From positions 7,504,063 through 7,568,062 of the forward strand of contig CM082582.2 in NCBI GenBank assembly GCA_040954595.2: DNA of 64,000 nt. Reading direction: 5' to 3'. Source of the stretch: Balanoglossus misakiensis. Its lineage: Eukaryota > Animalia > Hemichordata. Positions 55,719 to 64,000 of this stretch are shown here, in pieces (position 1 is the first letter of the stretch; every line of letters starts with the position of its first letter). The notes beneath the pieces are model-generated. The model was not told where the DNA came from and did not search any database. It saw only the letters and a program-made list of their open reading frames with translations. The translations under genes were made by a program, and so were the position numbers.

Positions 55719-57761
55719 CTATTTCTTTTGCACAGGCAAGTAGAGTTTGAATTCCGCTGGTAGTTCATCTTCTGAATAGAGTCTGTCTGAGAAGTATACA
55801 CGACGAATGCGGCAGTTGGCATGAATCTGGTGATGGGGGAAAAAAGAGGAGCAAAATGTCAGAATTGGAAGCAAGTATGGCATACAAGTTAATGTGAAAA
55901 GTACACGAAATGAATTCTAACTACTAACTGTCAATACTAGTGTAATTTGTAGGAGCAAAACTGGGTCACTTGACTCACCTGAACTCTGAGTGTTTCAATG
56001 TAGTTTGTACCATACGCACGCCTTGTGAAATCTGACAAGTTAAACTGAAACGAGAAAAACAACAATTTCATGAGTAAATGACAGCATACCTAAAGATGAA
56101 TATCAAGACTAATTTCACTGGCTGAATTCCCCCCAAAATATCACAGGTTTGCATGAAGTAGAGGCTGCCGTCTTGAGAAAGAAACGCTTTTTATAATTAT
56201 ATAACTTATAACTTACCTGAATTTGGTTCCATCCATCGTCAAGTCTCATTGGCATTGTGCAGATAAATGGTTTGACACGAGTAGTACTCTGGTAATTGCT
56301 AGCCCTGAACCGTCTTCTGACATTCTTGTCGTCGAGCACTTGAACTTCAAATGTGAAATATTTCTTCAAATTCTTAATGATCATTACAAGGAATGGAAGT
56401 TTGATCCCGAGTGTCTTCTTGGGATCTGCCGGACATGTGATGTATGTCGTGCTGCAAGGAATCAAAAGCATGGGAATGAGCATCAGTTTTTTAATAACTC
56501 AAGTTTTTTACTATACAACCCAAGATGTTAATATTTTGAGATACTATGAATAAGTTGGACAATATGCTCTTGCAAAATGATAACTATTAAGACAAAATGC
56601 AATATTCCTGTTGAAGATGTTGTTGCTACAATTATTTCGTGGTTAGAGAATATCTTTGCTTCTATTTGTTGAAGCATGGAGGTAGTGTTGGACCACGTGA
56701 CCTACATCAAATCAGTGTTCACTTGGAAACACCCATTGTGGGCCTCGCAACAATCACCACACGCCGCATCGGCTTTGCAACTAAAGATCTACTTACCTAA
56801 CATTTGTGCCGACTATTTCAAGTACCAAAGACTGGATGTCGTTATCTGTTATCCTCTTAATATGTCCGTTTCGAACCTGTAAGGAGAGAAAAACGCCAGT
56901 AAGTTCATGTTTTCATGAGACATGTGGGTCGGTCGCCTCGCCTCGCAAGATAGCAAGATGGCGGCAAAGGGTGTGCGACCTCAATGTGATTGTCAACGCG
57001 ATCAGACGTTTGAACGCTCAACGCTTCGAAATTACAACACTTTGTACCTTGATATCGGTACCGATAAAGATTAGTGGCATTGGTGTTTATGGACTAAAAT
57101 ACATGGATTCAAGAACATCCAAAATTGACACAAGATGGACGTAGACGAGACGAAGGGCCTCGGCATTCTACGCGAAGTATACATGCATGTGTTTGATTGT
57201 AAACACAACACAATTCGTTGTTGATGTGTGAACAATTCTCCTCTAACAAACACCAAAAGAGCTTTTGAAACAGTAAAAATATTTAAAACGATTTACAATT
57301 CTCAAGAAATTTGCAAAATACACTGTTTTCAACTCGGATTCGCTCAAACGTTTGATGGGCAAGCGTGTTGTCAAGCAAGTATGCAGGCTCCTGGTTTGCA
57401 GGTGGGTCACTTAGTAACCCGTACTGATGCACACGCCAATCTGACAATAAACACGGATATTTTTCAAAAACCTGCATTTTCTTGTCATATCTGACAATTT
57501 TCAAGACCACTGAGTATATAAACTGACCAGAATAGCTTGCATGTGATATCCAACGAATGTCGGAACAGTCAGAAATCTGTTTATACTCGCGACTTGCTAA
57601 ATACCATGGACACCGCTAGTAACGATGCATGCAGAACGATGTATCGTAAAGCCACCAGAAAGTCGATTAAAACTCACCTTTTTATCCCAAATTTGTAGAG
57701 GCTTACTGCCAATACTGTATAAAATTGATAAAAATCCTGACTGGAACGTATTTTTAAACAT
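55719..57761 (-). CDS. CFAP20: Cilia- and flagella-associated protein 20 (BUG22/C16orf80), canonical copy; 5 exons
   Basis: [66 protein letters not shown], ...LYLPVQKK*. Confidence 0.96.
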
Positions 57762-60757
57762 CTTCACTGTTTCTAAGGATAATCCTAGTAAAATCCACGG
57801 AGTCCTCCAACACAACGTCCACACACTATGAGTTCGTGTCGCTAAGTGAAGTCTGTTCTGTGTACATGAACGTACTTAGTGTATCCAAGACCAATCTATC
57901 ATGGCAACGTAAAAAATATCAATGCGCGTGCATCACTTAGTAGCTGCAAGTAGAAAAAGAAAAATAATATATGTTTTTAAATTATACTTTTTAGAATTTT
58001 TTTAATATTTTAAATCGCTTTTCTTTTATATAAACGTGATTTACTCAATATATACTGCCAACTATATTTGGTACTACTTTTATCCAATGTAAGTGCATCT
58101 GCATCTAAGTAGTGAAGCGATCACCCGCTCGACATGCGTGGTTCTGTGTTTGAGCTGCGAGTAGCCGGTGGTCGTCCGTGGTAACTGGTTCGTGTTCTCT
58201 GATTGGCTCTGGACGCGCGCCGGTTTCTATATATGGCAGTTTGGAAGCAGACGCGCGAAAATAATTAGTGAACAGTAGCACTGTCAGTACGGTAAACCGT
58301 TAACGTTAGGAGATAATTTGAGGTGTATGCTGTGTTAATGATGTATACTAGTATTTGCCACATGGGTTTTCGTTTCTGTGAATGTTGACGACAGTGCGAC
58401 AGTGTTGCACTGGACGGTCAGGTTGTTTTTCAACATGACTTTTAGAGATGCGAGTTGTTTTATGTGGTATTCAACGAGCCGACAATGTTACAATTACATA
58501 GGCCCACGTCGATGTAAAGAACCGTTCCTTTCATACGGCTATGTTATTCATATAGGCCTGGCCCAGTATAGCTCGGCCACGGGGCCGGCCCCCTTTCCAC
58601 TTTCAGACGTTACTACGTTATTTCACGTTTAATACCCACATAAAATAAATATGTGTATTGTAAATATGTAGTAAAGGTTATGTAGGGAGGATAGGGCCTA
58701 TACCACTACTATAGCAGTGCAATGGGCCGAGTTAAGAAGCATATCGACCGTTGCACGTTGCTCCGTCGAATACGATAACTGAGTATAAGACTGCAAGCCC
58801 AACATTTCTTACTACAATAGTAACCGATTAATAGGGTGATCAGTCGGTCGCACAAAATCCATTCCAATACTGGTCCTGTCCGTGCAAATACAGCAAGAAC
58901 TTGAACTCATAATTTGTTGAATGCGCTGAATGCGAGTGGCCACAGGTTATCAGAGGCTTTGTCTTTCCTATTTAGAACACAAGATTCTATGGTGCCCAAC
59001 TGATTATGTGGAGGCCATGCTGAAGTTGATGAATTCATTCCAGTAAACAGAGCGGGGCAGGTCATTCCAGGGTCTATGAACAGGAGAAACTTTCGCCCTG
59101 AACTATTTTCTTTGTGGAATGTAAATTCAGAAATGCCAGAGGCTTAACCAAATGCACTTTCAGAGAACATTTTCGATTTGAATTACGACAATAAAAAAAC
59201 ACGTGATGAGAAAGAGTATTTTATTGATATTGGCTAACTTTAAAACAAAAGAAAACGGAAAAAAAATATAACATGTTTCTGATATCACACTTCTGGACAT
59301 ATCCGTGCAAAAGCCAGAAGCCGATTTTTCTCCACGCCTAAAATACACTGAGATGTAACGTGTGGAGAAGAAAAGCACAGACAAAGAGTCCAATGACAAA
59401 AAATTCATCTCACTAGAAATGGGTACAGTATGTCTACACGTCACATTGTCACCCCTTCTACACATTGGAAAAAAAAATCTACAGGAGAAATGACATGGTG
59501 ACATACTGTACCGAACTACATAGTTACGTGGCAAGGTAGCTACTTTTTTATGTTCAAGTAAGATACAATGTCTAAATCATTGACAAAAACACAAGTTCCA
59601 ATGCCCCCACAAAATTAAGTTTTATCGTGTGGTTTGTTTGTCTTGTATACAAGGCAGGACACTATAAAAAATGGTACTACAAAACAGGATAATGCACGCA
59701 CCTCAGTTACAAAAGAAACACAACAATGATTTTTTTCTCTTTCATTTGCGATTCTTTTTGAGGTGACCTGTATAAATAGAAGTTTAGTATTTTTTGTCTG
59801 AGTTTATTTATCAGATCCCAGAGAGAAATAAGGTAACATGGGACACGGGAGGTTCCACTGTAAATAAACTTTTTGGAACATCACTAACGTCACACTTCAG
59901 ATGTGATGTTCAAAATAAGTGAAAGGAACACAGCCAGCTAAAGGTAACATTTCACAACAGAAAAAACAAGTCCTTTTTTTCTCTCCCACTTTTCTTTCTG
60001 CCTCCAAATGGATATTTCAGAAAGCAAGCCACGTCTTAGAAACGTCACTGGTGTTGATATACAAATATGGTTATCATTAAAGAAGAGAGAGACACATGAT
60101 AAACATCAACACGACATACTCAAAGGACCAAAACCTGTTTTGTGTTACACTTTTTTTTATCCATGCATCATTTTGAATTAAAGGGGTAATTAAGTGTAAA
60201 ATTTCTCTGATTATAAAAAAAAACAAAAACAAAAGTGGACACAAGAATGTACAAGCAACGACCATCAGTCATTACGGAAGGTTTATATACATGGCATTCT
60301 TGATTTACAGACTGATCAACTGTTCATATCTTAAATGATCTGGTGGCTGTAATGGCAATATAATCATATTCTTTCTCTCTGTTTTATTTTTAAATCATTC
60401 GAAGGTTTTAGAGTATTTCAAATAGGACTCCTGTACTTTCCCATCACATACAGGCCTCAAATTCTCTCTGAATCATATATTCGTTTGTTTTCGTCCCCGG
60501 TGGGGTGAATGGGAGGGGCAGGCAACTCTTTGCACAGCACTGGTGATACAACACGGCGAACCAGCCACCAACACACGGCCCACCCCCACTGGGCCTCGGG
60601 ATGATGCACCGTGTTGTATCAAGGTGTTTCGAAACATTGCTACATTGTATCTTCGCACATAATCATTCGTATACACTACAGTAGCAGCAGCACCACAAAG
60701 GAAAAACACCGTCTTCTCTTCTCTTCTCTCTTGTGCGCATCATATGTTGCCGGGGAT

Positions 60758-64000
<3,243 letters not shown>

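Overview
Intron-containing animal genomic DNA. Gene content suggests a marine invertebrate deuterostome such as an echinoderm or hemichordate (inference only). From left to right: (1) 5' part of a DEG/ENaC channel gene (-) with an LDL-receptor class A exon in its ectodomain; (2) an intronless, signal-peptide-bearing PPPDE/DeSI-like peptidase, possibly nested in intron 1 of that channel gene; (3) an intronless TRIM-NHL E3 ligase; (4) a secreted stand-alone CBM2 gene head-to-head with a CBM2-GH9 cellulase; (5) a Rab22/31 gene with two duplicated alternative terminal exons; (6) a His-rich coiled-coil protein gene; (7) three tandem, almost intronless ATP-grasp ligase genes; (8) directly after them, three tandem M19 membrane dipeptidase genes plus a fragment; (9) a recent segmental duplication giving a diverged second CFAP20; (10) the 3' part of CK2-alpha (-). 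Several small non-autonomous DNA transposons with clear TSDs are present. The main candidate novel system is the adjacent, co-amplified ATP-grasp ligase and dipeptidase arrays (26.3-47.5 kb), a possible animal small-peptide synthesis/turnover cluster. Exon boundaries were read by eye and no database searches were run.
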